Shown: one piece after another, positions 1-9,354 of the stretch
Layout of the letters: every line of letters begins with the position of its first letter
Numbering within the stretch: position 1 is the stretch's first letter
Source: Hydrurus foetidus
Taxonomy: Eukaryota
Assembly (NCBI GenBank): GCA_900617105.1
Contig: UYFQ01000001.1
Location: forward strand, 2,976,001 to 3,040,000
DNA length: 64,000 nt
Direction of reading: 5' to 3'
Position numbers and translations under genes: made by a program
Notes under the pieces: model-generated
What the model saw: only the letters and a program-made list of their open reading frames with translations
The model's database searches: none
What the model was told of the DNA's origin: nothing

Positions 1-161
1 ATGACGACATGCAAACCGACGCGGGTGCCACGCCTGTGATGGTGTGTGCACAAAAGTTGTGCACGTCATTGGCGCAAGTCTATTTGGGTGAACGGGACAA
101 GCTGGACTTGCCTTTGCCCGGCTTGCCGCTGGCGCTGGCTGCGGCGCTGGGCGACGAATAA
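1..161 (+). CDS. cas1: Type II CRISPR Cas1, C-terminal fragment (gene begins before the window)
   Basis: Frame 3 reads DDMQTDAGATPVMVCAQKLCTSLAQVYLGERDKLDLPLPGLPLALAAALGDE* (TAA 159-161). It lies directly upstream of cas2 and resembles II-C Cas1 C-termini. Confidence 0.8.
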   Translation, partial: DDMQTDAGATPVMVCAQKLCTSLAQVYLGERDKLDLPLPGLPLALAAALGDE

Positions 162-198
162 GCAGCGGTGCTACGGAGATTTTTATGGAGGTGTGTGC

Positions 199-525
199 AT
201 GCTTTCAGGGTACCGACTCATGTGGGTAGTGGTGATGTTTGACTTGCCAGTCGTTGAAAAAGTTGAACGCAAGGCAGCGACTGACTTTCGCAACGGCTTG
301 CTTGACCACGGTTTTGCCATGTCGCAGTTTTCGGTCTACATGCGGTTTTGCACAAGCCAGGCGCAGGTTGATACGTTATGCAAAAAGGTAGAAAATGCGT
401 TACCACTGGGCGGCAAAGTAAACGTGCTGCAATTTACCGACAAGCAGTACGAGCGCATCATTTCGTACCACGGCCAAGCCAAGCAGCCTGCAAATAAAGC
501 GCCAGATCAGTTCGACCTTTTTTAG
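199..525 (+). CDS. cas2: CRISPR-associated endonuclease Cas2
   Basis: MLSGYRLMWVVVMFDLPV...GFAMSQFSVYMRFC is a typical type II Cas2. GGAGG RBS at 187-191, ATG at 199. Confidence 0.95.
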   Translation: MLSGYRLMWVVVMFDLPVVEKVERKAATDFRNGLLDHGFAMSQFSVYMRFCTSQAQVDTLCKKVENALPLGGKVNVLQFTDKQYERIISYHGQAKQPANKAPDQFDLF

Positions 526-543
526 CCGACACTTAAATCATTC

Positions 544-804
544 ATGCCAACCATCAGTTTTTTCTACGGCCTTGTGATCAGAATGTATTTCAACGACCAT
601 GCGCCGCCACACTTCCACGTGGAATACGCTGAGTTCAAAGCAACTATTGATATTCGCCTGCTGACCTTGACCACTGGAAAGTTGCCCCGTCGTGCGCAAA
701 TGCTGGTGCTGGACTGGGCTGAACTGCATCAAGCTGAATTACTCGAAGACTGGCAGCTGTGCATGAACAAACAGCAGCCAAAACAAATTGCTCCCTTACA
801 GTAA
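544..804 (+). CDS. DUF4160 family protein, putative toxin
   Basis: MPTISFFYG...DHAPPHFHVEY...W..LHQ.EL..DW...IAPLQ is the DUF4160 pattern; followed by a DUF2442 gene. Confidence 0.85.
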   Translation: MPTISFFYGLVIRMYFNDHAPPHFHVEYAEFKATIDIRLLTLTTGKLPRRAQMLVLDWAELHQAELLEDWQLCMNKQQPKQIAPLQ

Positions 805-811
805 GGCCACA

Positions 812-1066
812 ATGGAATACGACGTTGTAGATGTTCAACCTGTGTTGCCCATGGCATTACAGGTACGGTTTGCGGACGGCACCGCCGGACGGGTGCGTTT
901 TGAGCCCAGTCACCTGACTGGCGTTTTTGAAGCGTTGAAAGATCCGATTGTTTTTGCGCAAGCGCGAATTGAGTCGGGAGCAGTCACTTGGCCTGGCGAT
1001 TTAGACCTTGCGCCAGACGCCATGTACGCCGAGATTAAGTGTCACGGCGAGTGGGTTTTGCGCTAA
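812..1066 (+). CDS. DUF2442 family protein, putative antitoxin
   Basis: LQVRFADGT...F..L.DP..F...GAVTWPGDLDLAPDAMY; ATG is 7 nt after the DUF4160 stop. Confidence 0.85.
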   Translation: MEYDVVDVQPVLPMALQVRFADGTAGRVRFEPSHLTGVFEALKDPIVFAQARIESGAVTWPGDLDLAPDAMYAEIKCHGEWVLR

Positions 1067-1176
1067 AGACCCTAAAAATCGCACTTGAAATCAAACAAGC
1101 GCTGCCGGAAATCCATGAAAAATCAAAGCCGGCAAACGAAAAACCCCTTGATAAATCAAGGGGTTATCGCGGACGG
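1067..1176. promoter_or_regulatory. CRISPR leader (likely acquisition end)
   Basis: A-rich region between the cas side and the first intact repeat; the degenerate repeat is at the opposite end. Confidence 0.65.
1136..1166 (-). terminator. Rho-independent terminator for minus-strand array transcripts
   Basis: AACCCCTTGAT-AA-ATCAAGGGGTT hairpin, followed on the minus strand by a T-rich run. Confidence 0.65.
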
Positions 1177-4100
1177 AGTCTAGTCGATTGGGATATGAGC
1201 TCTGACCGGAACGGAATCAACACCAACGCCCAAAACAGAGCCAGTCTAGTCGATTGGGATATGAGCTCTGACCGGAACCCTCGGCCAAGATGATGCCAAT
1301 GCCGCCAGAGTCTAGTCGATTGGGATATGAGCTCTGACCGGAACGCGGCGGCCATCGTCGCGCTGCAACTCGTGAGTCTAGTCGATTGGGATATGAGCTC
1401 TGACCGGAACACGACAGCACCGCGCTTGTAGCCGGTCACTAGTCTAGTCGATTGGGATATGAGCTCTGACCGGAACTGGCTAAGGAATTGGCTTTGAGCC
1501 GGTCTAAGTCTAGTCGATTGGGATATGAGCTCTGACCGGAACCTTGCCCACATCAGAAAGTGAAGGGTCATTAGTCTAGTCGATTGGGATATGAGCTCTG
1601 ACCGGAACAGCATCAAGCACCACGTTTTGCTTCAATGAAGTCTAGTCGATTGGGATATGAGCTCTGACCGGAACGTTGACCGCACGCAAACCACCGTGAA
1701 TAACAGTCTAGTCGATTGGGATATGAGCTCTGACCGGAACTTTAGACGTGTCAATACCCTACAAACGTTTAGTCTAGTCGATTGGGATATGAGCTCTGAC
1801 CGGAACAGTAGCACATTGCTGCTCAAGGGCAGCTTGAGTCTAGTCGATTGGGATATGAGCTCTGACCGGAACTAATTATTGACACGGCTGAAATTGTGTT
1901 TCAGTCTAGTCGATTGGGATATGAGCTCTGACCGGAACAGCGCTGCACCGCGTCCCCGTTCAACAGCTAGTCTAGTCGATTGGGATATGAGCTCTGACCG
2001 GAACTGCAGCGCTTCGGGGTTGAAGTGCTTGCGGAGTCTAGTCGATTGGGATATGAGCTCTGACCGGAACTCGGCGTAGGCTTGGCACTCTGCAAGGGCG
2101 AGTCTAGTCGATTGGGATATGAGCTCTGACCGGAACCAAATCGTCAAAGCCACTGGCGACAACAAAAGTCTAGTCGATTGGGATATGAGCTCTGACCGGA
2201 ACTTAAGGTTTCAATTTATATAGTCACAGAGAGTCTAGTCGATTGGGATATGAGCTCTGACCGGAACTGCTGGGCATGGTCAACCGCGTGATGGAGCAGT
2301 CTAGTCGATTGGGATATGAGCTCTGACCGGAACTGGAAGAAAGCGCTATGGGACTGGCTGCAAAGTCTAGTCGATTGGGATATGAGCTCTGACCGGAACC
2401 ACGGGGTCGATACTGCTTTTGAGTGCGCCAGTCTAGTCGATTGGGATATGAGCTCTGACCGGAACGGATGCTTTTATGGAAGTAGTCTGCAGCGCAGTCT
2501 AGTCGATTGGGATATGAGCTCTGACCGGAACGGCTGCGGCTTTGGGCTTAAGGTTCTCAAAAGTCTAGTCGATTGGGATATGAGCTCTGACCGGAACATG
2601 AGCGAACCAACAACGTCAATTGCTACAAGTCTAGTCGATTGGGATATGAGCTCTGACCGGAACTGCAAGAACTCGCCGCCGAGATCATGCAAGAGTCTAG
2701 TCGATTGGGATATGAGCTCTGACCGGAACAGCCCGCACGCACCTATGGGACACGTTGCAAGTCTAGTCGATTGGGATATGAGCTCTGACCGGAACACGGC
2801 TTGCGCGGCCTGGTCGGCGCTGTGCAGTCTAGTCGATTGGGATATGAGCTCTGACCGGAACCCAGCCTTGCCATGCGGCCAGGGCCACGCCAGTCTAGTC
2901 GATTGGGATATGAGCTCTGACCGGAACAGCTCAATCGACGCAACTGCCGAGCCGCCAAGTCTAGTCGATTGGGATATGAGCTCTGACCGGAACTGCCTGG
3001 TCGCGCGTGGTGGCTGCGCTGTAAGTCTAGTCGATTGGGATATGAGCTCTGACCGGAACTGAAACGGTCTGCCATGCGCAACCGACTCAAGTCTAGTCGA
3101 TTGGGATATGAGCTCTGACCGGAACCGCCGGGCTAGCCAGCGCCTCCACCAGCGTAGTCTAGTCGATTGGGATATGAGCTCTGACCGGAACCTTGGGCGC
3201 TTTGGTGTCTTGCTGGGCCTTAGTCTAGTCGATTGGGATATGAGCTCTGACCGGAACTTGTACTTTTACCAAGCCATCGCTTGCGACAGTCTAGTCGATT
3301 GGGATATGAGCTCTGACCGGAACTGTTGATGTCAAACGCTGCGAATGTTTTTAAGTCTAGTCGATTGGGATATGAGCTCTGACCGGAACCGATCAGGTCG
3401 CCGCCCCTTTCACCGCTAGAGTCTAGTCGATTGGGATATGAGCTCTGACCGGAACTTCAGCTGCCAGCGGTGAAAACTTGCTGGCAGTCTAGTCGATTGG
3501 GATATGAGCTCTGACCGGAACCTGCTTCGCGCGCGGTTTTTCAATCAGCAAAGTCTAGTCGATTGGGATATGAGCTCTGACCGGAACGGTAGACGCGCCC
3601 ACGTTGCCAGCCACGTCAGTCTAGTCGATTGGGATATGAGCTCTGACCGGAACGGCGCGGGCGCTGATTCGCGTAGCGACTCCAGTCTAGTCGATTGGGA
3701 TATGAGCTCTGACCGGAACTGGCCCATCACGCTGACGCTCTCGGTCGTAAGTCTAGTCGATTGGGATATGAGCTCTGACCGGAACGCGTGCGCGTGCTGT
3801 CTGAAACCTTTGCCGAGTCTAGTCGATTGGGATATGAGCTCTGACCGGAACTAGTGCTCTACACCGTTGATTGCCGAATCCAGTCTAGTCGATTGGGATA
3901 TGAGCTCTGACCGGAACAGATCCGTGACCGTTGGCGCAACCGCCTCAAGTCTAGTCGATTGGGATATGAGCTCTGACCGGAACTCGCTATCGCTCCTGTC
4001 TTGTCTATTGATAAGTCTAGTCGATTGGGATATGAGCTCTGACCGGAACTCAGATAAGTTTGGAGTCAACACCCCGGTAAGTCTAGTCGATTGGGATATG

Positions 4101-4444
4101 AGCTCTGACCGGAACACGCTCGTGACCGTTGGCGCAACCGCCTCAAGTCTAGTCGATTGGGATATGAGCTCTGACCGGAACTAAGCCCAAAAAGGGTCAA
4201 CATGCGACAAGAGTCTAGTCGATTGGGATATGAGCTCTGACCGGAACACGCGTAGTCCCCATGACAAGCAAGGGGGCAGTCTAGTCGATTGGGATATGAG
4301 CTCTGACCGGAACACGGCGCCATCAACCGCGCTTTGCTGTCGGAGTCTAGTCGATTGGGATATGAGCTCTGACCGGAACTAGTGTTAGTGCTCCTGTTTT
4401 CTGCGTTCAGTCTAGTCGATTGGGATATGAGCTCTGACCGGAGG
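1177..4444 (-). CRISPR. CRISPR array: 50 x 36-bp repeats, 49 spacers (30 bp, two of 29 bp), type II-C-like
   Basis: Repeat AGTCTAGTCGATTGGGATATGAGCTCTGACCGGAAC with 66-bp period from 1177. Reverse complement GTTCCGG...TAGACT begins with GTT like Cas9 repeats. Last copy (4409) is degenerate (GGAGG). No csn2/cas4 after cas2. Confidence 0.99.
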
Positions 4445-4619
4445 CTTTGGCTGGACAGGCGCTACGCACCCGTCAAGCCAAAGCCAGCGCCAAGGCGCGG
4501 TGTTTATCAAGTGGGTGCGAAGCAGAAAGCGGCCATCTGGCTCGCCGAATAGTTGCGCTAACGTCGTCAAGCTCGTTCAAGTCATTCTGAACAAGCCGCT
4601 TCTTAATCAAAGATTTGGT

Positions 4620-4922
4620 TTACTTTCTTGTGAAGGGTGGCCACTGCCGCCAGGCATGCAGCACGCTCACTACTTCCACCAAGTCTGGTGTTTCCCGATA
4701 AAGCAGAAAGTAGTTGCTGCGCACGACCAGCTCGCGCATGCCTTTGACGCGAGGCGATGGTTTGTAGAGCTTCGGGTGATCTGGCAGCTTTGCGGCTTTG
4801 CTTTCTATCTCGTCTTTCAGTGCCTGTGCCGCGTCCGGGTTGTCGTCGGCGATGTAGCCCACAATTTCCAACAAGTCAGCGCTGGCCTGTGGCCGCCACT
4901 CAAGGCGCGGCTTTGCTTGCAT
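4620..4922 (-). CDS. RelE/ParE family toxin
   Basis: LEWRPQASADLLEIVGYIADDNPDAA...L.DHP...GMRELVV..NY..LYR...VSVLH. Confidence 0.9.
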   Translation of the reverse strand: MQAKPRLEWRPQASADLLEIVGYIADDNPDAAQALKDEIESKAAKLPDHPKLYKPSPRVKGMRELVVRSNYFLLYRETPDLVEVVSVLHAWRQWPPFTRK

Positions 4923-5364
4923 GCTGTTTGCGCTTGACATCGATCAGCGCTTGCGCCTGCGCCATGACCTCGACGTGGGGAATATTGGGTCGTGGGTCAG
5001 CCAGCGACGCAGCTACTTTCTCGCGCATCCAGTCGGTGTGGGCTTTAGCCTCAAACGCGCTGCGCATGCGCTCGGATGAGTCCGGCCGCACCCGCGTGGT
5101 CTTCAGCAATTCTGCGTCGAAGTCGGCCGCATTGACGTTGTATTGCGAAATGCCAACGCCTTTCAGGTAGCCCACAAGGGTTTCAAATTTACGAAAGTTG
5201 CGGACAGCACCCCGCCTGGCAGCAAGTGCGCGGTCGGTCATGCCGCACTTGACGACGACACCCCAACCACCTGGATGGCCGATCACGTCAGCGCCACGAA
5301 CCGCCCCAGCCTCGACCAGCCTTTCAAGCGTTGTGTGGTCAATGGTGTTTGCCGTAGTAGCCAT
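4900..5364 (-). CDS. Cognate antitoxin / stability determinant
   Basis: Overlaps the toxin start. C-terminal AHTDWMREKVAASLADPRPNIPHVEV is typical of ParE-linked antitoxins. Confidence 0.75.
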   Translation of the reverse strand: MATTANTIDHTTLERLVEAGAVRGADVIGHPGGWGVVVKCGMTDRALAARRGAVRNFRKFETLVGYLKGVGISQYNVNAADFDAELLKTTRVRPDSSERMRSAFEAKAHTDWMREKVAASLADPRPNIPHVEVMAQAQALIDVKRKQHASKAAP

Positions 5365-5590
5365 AGCTTCAACTTTTAGCGTTTATATAACGACTACTAC
5401 TGTATCCGACTAACGAATAAATGGCAACACGCTGGTTTGACAAACGATTCGTTATTTGACGCGACGCTGAGCGCACGGCCTTAAAACCGCAGCGAAGCAG
5501 CTGGCTGACAGAAAGCAGGCTTGCAAAACGGTGAGCGGCAGTCAGCACCCTGGAAGCCGCCCCTTTTGTGCCGCCTGATGCCACAGCTTT

Positions 5591-5655
5591 ACTACTATTT
5601 TTATAGCTGCTTGCGCCCGTATTAATTGGGCTACAGGCCAATTTAATGCTTAAAA
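5591..5655 (+). repeat. Dispersed ~65-bp repeat, copy 1
   Basis: ACTACTATTTTTATAGCTGCTTGCGCCCGTATTAATTGGGCTACAGGCC. Confidence 0.85.
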
Positions 5656-5715
5656 CGGCTGTTTTTAGCCGTTTTTAAGCCTTTCTTGGCCGCTCTAGGC
5701 CGTTTTAAGCCAAAA

Positions 5716-7014
5716 CTACTGCTTGCGCTGCACAAACAGGTTGCGCTTGGCGTCTTCGGGGTAGGCGAACGTTACTGCGCCGTTTTTGACCATGCCCAGC
5801 ACCAGCATGTTGGGGGTAACGGCGTCGTGGTCTTGGCTGGAAAACGGTTTTTCGTATGTGGCCACCACGCCGTAGTACACGCGCTGTTTGGATTCCAGCG
5901 CGCTTTTAATGGCCGGGCCAGACGCGTTGCCGTCGCGAATGCTGAACAACGAATACAGCAAGATGTACACCGCGTCGTAGCCCTGCGCCGCGGCTACGGG
6001 CACCGTGATTTTGCTGAGCTTGAACTTGCGCGCATAGCTGGTTAAAAACGATGCACGTCGTTCGTTGCTGGGCTCGGCAATAAAGGTTTGCGCCATCAGC
6101 GCGCCCTCGGCAGCGTCTTTGCCGCCGTCGATGAAAAACGGAAAAGACAGCGTCCAGGCGCCGACTTGCGGCACCTTCCAGCCAATGGCTTTGCGACCGT
6201 TGGCAATCACCGCGTTTTCAGGGCCCACCGTCATGCTGAAGATGACGTTGGCACCGGCAGCGCGGGCGGCCGTTAGCTCTGCCGTGAGGTCTTTAACGCC
6301 GACCGGGAAACGCGCCAGGTGCACGGGCTCCAGGTTTTTGGCTTTTAACGCAGCCAAAATGTCTTTTAGCCCGGCCTCGCCGTAGCCGGTGGTGTCGGCA
6401 AACACGGCGACTTTGGTCCAGCCGCGCTTGGTGGTGATGTCTTCGACCACAAACGGCACTTGAATCGCGTCACGCGCCGATGTGCGAAAAATGTAGCTGT
6501 CAGCGGCCGGGTACTTGGCGGTGAGCGGCGTGCCAGTGGCGCACGGAATAATCAGCGGCAGCTTGGCGTTTTGGTACACGTCGAGCGACTTGGCGGCCAC
6601 GCCGGTGTTGCAAAAGCCGATGGTGACGTCGACTTTTTCAGCCACCAGTTCTTGCGATGCTTTCAGCCCCACATCGGGGTTGCCTTGGTCGTCTTTGACC
6701 ACCAGCTCGAGCTTGCGGCCCAGGTAGCCGCCGACGGCGTTGATCTCGTCAACCGCGTGCTGCACGCCATTGCGCATCGGAATACCAAAGTCAGCAGAGC
6801 CACCTGTGAAGGGGCCAATCATGCCGATTTTTAGCGTGTTGCTTGGCGGGGAGACAGTTGCAGCAGCCGATGCAGGAACGGCAGCCGGCACAGGCGCAGC
6901 AGCAGGCGCGGGGCTTTGCGCAGCGGCTGCGGTGGCCATCAATGCCGCCGTAGCCAGTGCGGCAAGCCGACGCAAAACCGGCGCTGTGCCAAATTTGAAG
7001 GGGGTGCAAATCAT
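5716..7014 (-). CDS. LivJ/LivK-type ABC substrate-binding protein
   Basis: Signal peptide; LKIGMIGPFTGGSA, EINAVGGYLGRKLELVVKDD, YIFRT. Confidence 0.9.
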   Translation of the reverse strand: MICTPFKFGTAPVLRRLAALATAALMATAAAAQSPAPAAAPVPAAVPASAAATVSPPSNTLKIGMIGPFTGGSADFGIPMRNGVQHAVDEINAVGGYLGRKLELVVKDDQGNPDVGLKASQELVAEKVDVTIGFCNTGVAAKSLDVYQNAKLPLIIPCATGTPLTAKYPAADSYIFRTSARDAIQVPFVVEDITTKRGWTKVAVFADTTGYGEAGLKDILAALKAKNLEPVHLARFPVGVKDLTAELTAARAAGANVIFSMTVGPENAVIANGRKAIGWKVPQVGAWTLSFPFFIDGGKDAAEGALMAQTFIAEPSNERRASFLTSYARKFKLSKITVPVAAAQGYDAVYILLYSLFSIRDGNASGPAIKSALESKQRVYYGVVATYEKPFSSQDHDAVTPNMLVLGMVKNGAVTFAYPEDAKRNLFVQRKQ

Positions 7015-7139
7015 GTTGAAGGTGGCTCCTGGGCAGGGCTGAACGGACTAAGCGGAAATGAGCGGGATTAAGCGGATCTAACCAGAGTGAATCAGCATCG
7101 CGTGCAGTTGTTTTTAGCGGAGCGTCAATGACCGGTTGA

Positions 7140-7191
7140 GCAGCCAAGCAGCCAAGCAGGTAAACAGGTAAACAGGTAAACAGGTAAACAG
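7140..7191. repeat. Short tandem repeats (GCAGCCAA)x2 + (CAGGTAAA)x4
   Basis: Directly visible upstream of the SBP gene. Confidence 0.85.
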
Positions 7192-7264
7192 AAGTTTAAG
7201 CAGCCGCGCGGCTAAGTACATCATCGCTTTCCCGCAGCTAAAGCGGGGGGCGACGCTGATTGAA

Positions 7265-7330
7265 TACTATGTATTTAATAGCTGCTTACGCCTGAATTGA
7301 TTCGGCTACAAGCGGATTAGGCCTTGAAAT
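7265..7330 (+). repeat. Dispersed repeat, copy 2
   Basis: TACTATGTATTTAATAGCTGCTTACGCCTGAATTGATTCGGCTACAAGC. Confidence 0.8.
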
Positions 7331-7404
7331 GAAGGGCCGCTGCGCTGGCTACGCCAAACTGGGTGACTGACTGACTGACTGGCGGGTAGCACGACGGGTC
7401 AGTG

Positions 7405-8334
7405 TCACGGCGTGCGCAGCGGGGCCACGCCCTGTCGGCCCTCTACCCGCTCACCCACCCGCCCACCCACCCGCTCGCCCATCCGCTCAGACATCCAGCG
7501 CAGCAGGTCTAGCCACATTTGGCGCATCTCGGCGTCTAGCGGGGTACGGGTGGAGTTGGGCAGCTCAACAGTCACCACAGGTATGCCTTTGTGCACGCCG
7601 CCGTAGTTGCCCAGCGAGCCGGGGAAGATGCCGACCTGGTCCAAATACAAGCGGCCCAGTTTTGACGGTGGCACAAAGCCTTTACGCACTGGGCCGTCAA
7701 AGTCGAGCACGCCGTACGGCGCGTGAATGCTGACGATCAAGTTCGGGTTAAAGCGCTGCATTTCTTCATGCAAAAACTTGGACTCGGGCTCCGACAGCGG
7801 CTGCGTGCCGGGGTAACGGCGCGGGTCTTTACTGGTGCGTTGTTCCCAGTAAATTTTGGCGTCGCGCTGCCAGTTGGGTGTGGGAAAGTTGCGGTTCAAG
7901 TCCACACCGTTGGCATTCACGCGGCGCGGCGGCTGGCTGAGCAAGCCATCAGGATTGAGTGCCGGAATAAACCGCCAGTGCACCGGCTGCGGCGTGTCGA
8001 ACGCACCTTCGCTTGCCAGTTGCAGCCAGTGCAGCGCCACTGACGCAGACGAGGGCTCGTCACCATGAATAGCGCCAATCACCAGCACGCGCAGGGCACT
8101 GGCCTCGGTTTTGATGTTTGCCTTCATGTCGGCTTTGATGTCACGCATATAAATCGGGCTGCCAAGCGCCGATTTTGCGGGGCTGGCCACCAGCTTGGCC
8201 GAGTCGCACAGCGCGCGCTTGACGTTGGGCAACCTGGCTGCAAACTCTTCGCACGGCGGGGCGGCGTGGGCAGAGTTAAACACTACAACGACAGCAGCAA
8301 CCAGACCAGTCAAGCGATAAAAAACCATACACAA
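7405..8334 (-). CDS. M14 zinc carboxypeptidase / murein peptide amidase A-like
   Basis: GAIHGDE, NPDG, NANGVDLNRNF, SEPE, SIH, VELP motifs. Confidence 0.9.
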   Translation of the reverse strand: MCMVFYRLTGLVAAVVVVFNSAHAAPPCEEFAARLPNVKRALCDSAKLVASPAKSALGSPIYMRDIKADMKANIKTEASALRVLVIGAIHGDEPSSASVALHWLQLASEGAFDTPQPVHWRFIPALNPDGLLSQPPRRVNANGVDLNRNFPTPNWQRDAKIYWEQRTSKDPRRYPGTQPLSEPESKFLHEEMQRFNPNLIVSIHAPYGVLDFDGPVRKGFVPPSKLGRLYLDQVGIFPGSLGNYGGVHKGIPVVTVELPNSTRTPLDAEMRQMWLDLLRWMSERMGERVGGRVGERVEGRQGVAPLRTP

Positions 8335-8404
8335 GTTTAGGCCACCCCACGCGCCGGGCAGTTTGCCACGCTAAGGCAAAATACCCACTGCTACGAATAT
8401 TTTT

Positions 8405-8935
8405 ATGCCGACATCATCATCACCATCATCACCCACCCTTAAAGCACAACCCCCCGGTTTTTCAACCCCTGAATTTCGTGCGTCGCTGGGGATGTTTGCC
8501 ACGGGCGTCACCATCGTCACGGCGCGCACCGCCAGCGGCGAGCTGGTGGGGCTGACTGCCAATTCATTTAATTCAGTATCGTTAAGCCCACCGCTGGTAC
8601 TGTGGAGCTTGTCGCAAGGGGCCAGCTCTATGGCGGCGTTTTCAACAGGCTCGCACTACGCCATCAATATTCTGGCGGCTGACCAAAAAGAGTTGGCCGA
8701 GCGCTTTGCCAGCAAGCGCGTTGACCGCTGGGACGGCGTGGCCTTTACCGACGGCGTGGCTGGCGCGCCGGTGTTGACGGGCGCTGCGGCCACGTTTGAA
8801 TGCTTTAACCGCAGCCGTTATGAAGAGGGCGACCACGTGATTTTTGTGGGCGAAGTAGAGCACTGCCGCCACGCACCGAATGCATCGCCTTTGCTGTACC
8901 ACGGCGGCAAGTTTTATACCGAGCATCCGCTTTAA
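8405..8935 (+). CDS. Flavin reductase family protein
   Basis: FATGVTIVT, GLTANSFNSVSLSPPLVLWS, GDHVIFVGEV. Confidence 0.95.
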   Translation: MPTSSSPSSPTLKAQPPGFSTPEFRASLGMFATGVTIVTARTASGELVGLTANSFNSVSLSPPLVLWSLSQGASSMAAFSTGSHYAINILAADQKELAERFASKRVDRWDGVAFTDGVAGAPVLTGAAATFECFNRSRYEEGDHVIFVGEVEHCRHAPNASPLLYHGGKFYTEHPL

Positions 8936-8956
8936 TTCTAAAAAGATCGACCACCC

Positions 8957-9247
8957 ATGACCGACACCACACCCGTCCCCGCAGCCGATGCAAACCCAAC
9001 CGCAGCGTCAGCCCCGCGCCCAGACTTGCCCGATCAACTCTCAACCGACACCCGCAGCCCGCACCACATAGCCGCCGTGTTCGAGCACGCGGTGGGCATT
9101 CGCTTTAACGACAAAGAACGTTTTGACGTAGAAGCGTATTGCATCAGCGAAGGCTGGATAAAAGTGCCCGTAGGTAAAAAAGTAGACCGTCAAGGCTTTC
9201 CCCTAACGGTCAAGCTCAAGGGCGTGGTGGAGGCGTTTTATAAGTAG
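8957..9247 (+). CDS. DUF3297 family protein
   Basis: VGIRFNDKERFDVEAYCISEGWIKV...KLKGVVEAFY. Confidence 0.8.
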   Translation: MTDTTPVPAADANPTAASAPRPDLPDQLSTDTRSPHHIAAVFEHAVGIRFNDKERFDVEAYCISEGWIKVPVGKKVDRQGFPLTVKLKGVVEAFYK

Positions 9248-9303
9248 GCATTGCGCCTCTCAACCGGGCTGTTAATATTTTTAAACGGTAGGCAACGTGC
9301 AAT

Positions 9304-9344
9304 TACCATGAAATTCCAACATCAAGTATTGGAATTTCATGGTA
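9304..9344. promoter_or_regulatory. Perfect 16-bp inverted repeat, putative operator
   Basis: TACCATGAAATTCCAA-N9-TTGGAATTTCATGGTA, ending 10 nt before the ATPase ATG. Confidence 0.7.
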
Positions 9345-9354
9345 GTATTTCAGC

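Noticed and set aside
46..198. Extended N-terminus of Cas2 in the ORF track
   Set aside because: Overlaps cas1; the RBS supports ATG 199.
611..626. parS-like ACTTCCACGTGGAATA
   Set aside because: Three mismatches to consensus and explained by the conserved HFHVEY codons.
1039..4326. ORFs with SLVDWDMSSDRN / FRSELISQSTRL repeats
   Set aside because: Translations of the 66-bp-period CRISPR array, not genes.
1213..4408. Self-targeting spacers within the window
   Set aside because: None seen by eye; needs an alignment search, so not excluded.
526..4620. tracrRNA anti-repeat near the array
   Set aside because: No partial repeat match seen in either flank; probably near cas9, outside the window.
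7436..7490. 12-bp tandem units at the M14 peptidase C-terminus (ERMG-ERVG-GRVG)
   Set aside because: Local slippage in a probably dispensable tail; no evidence of function.
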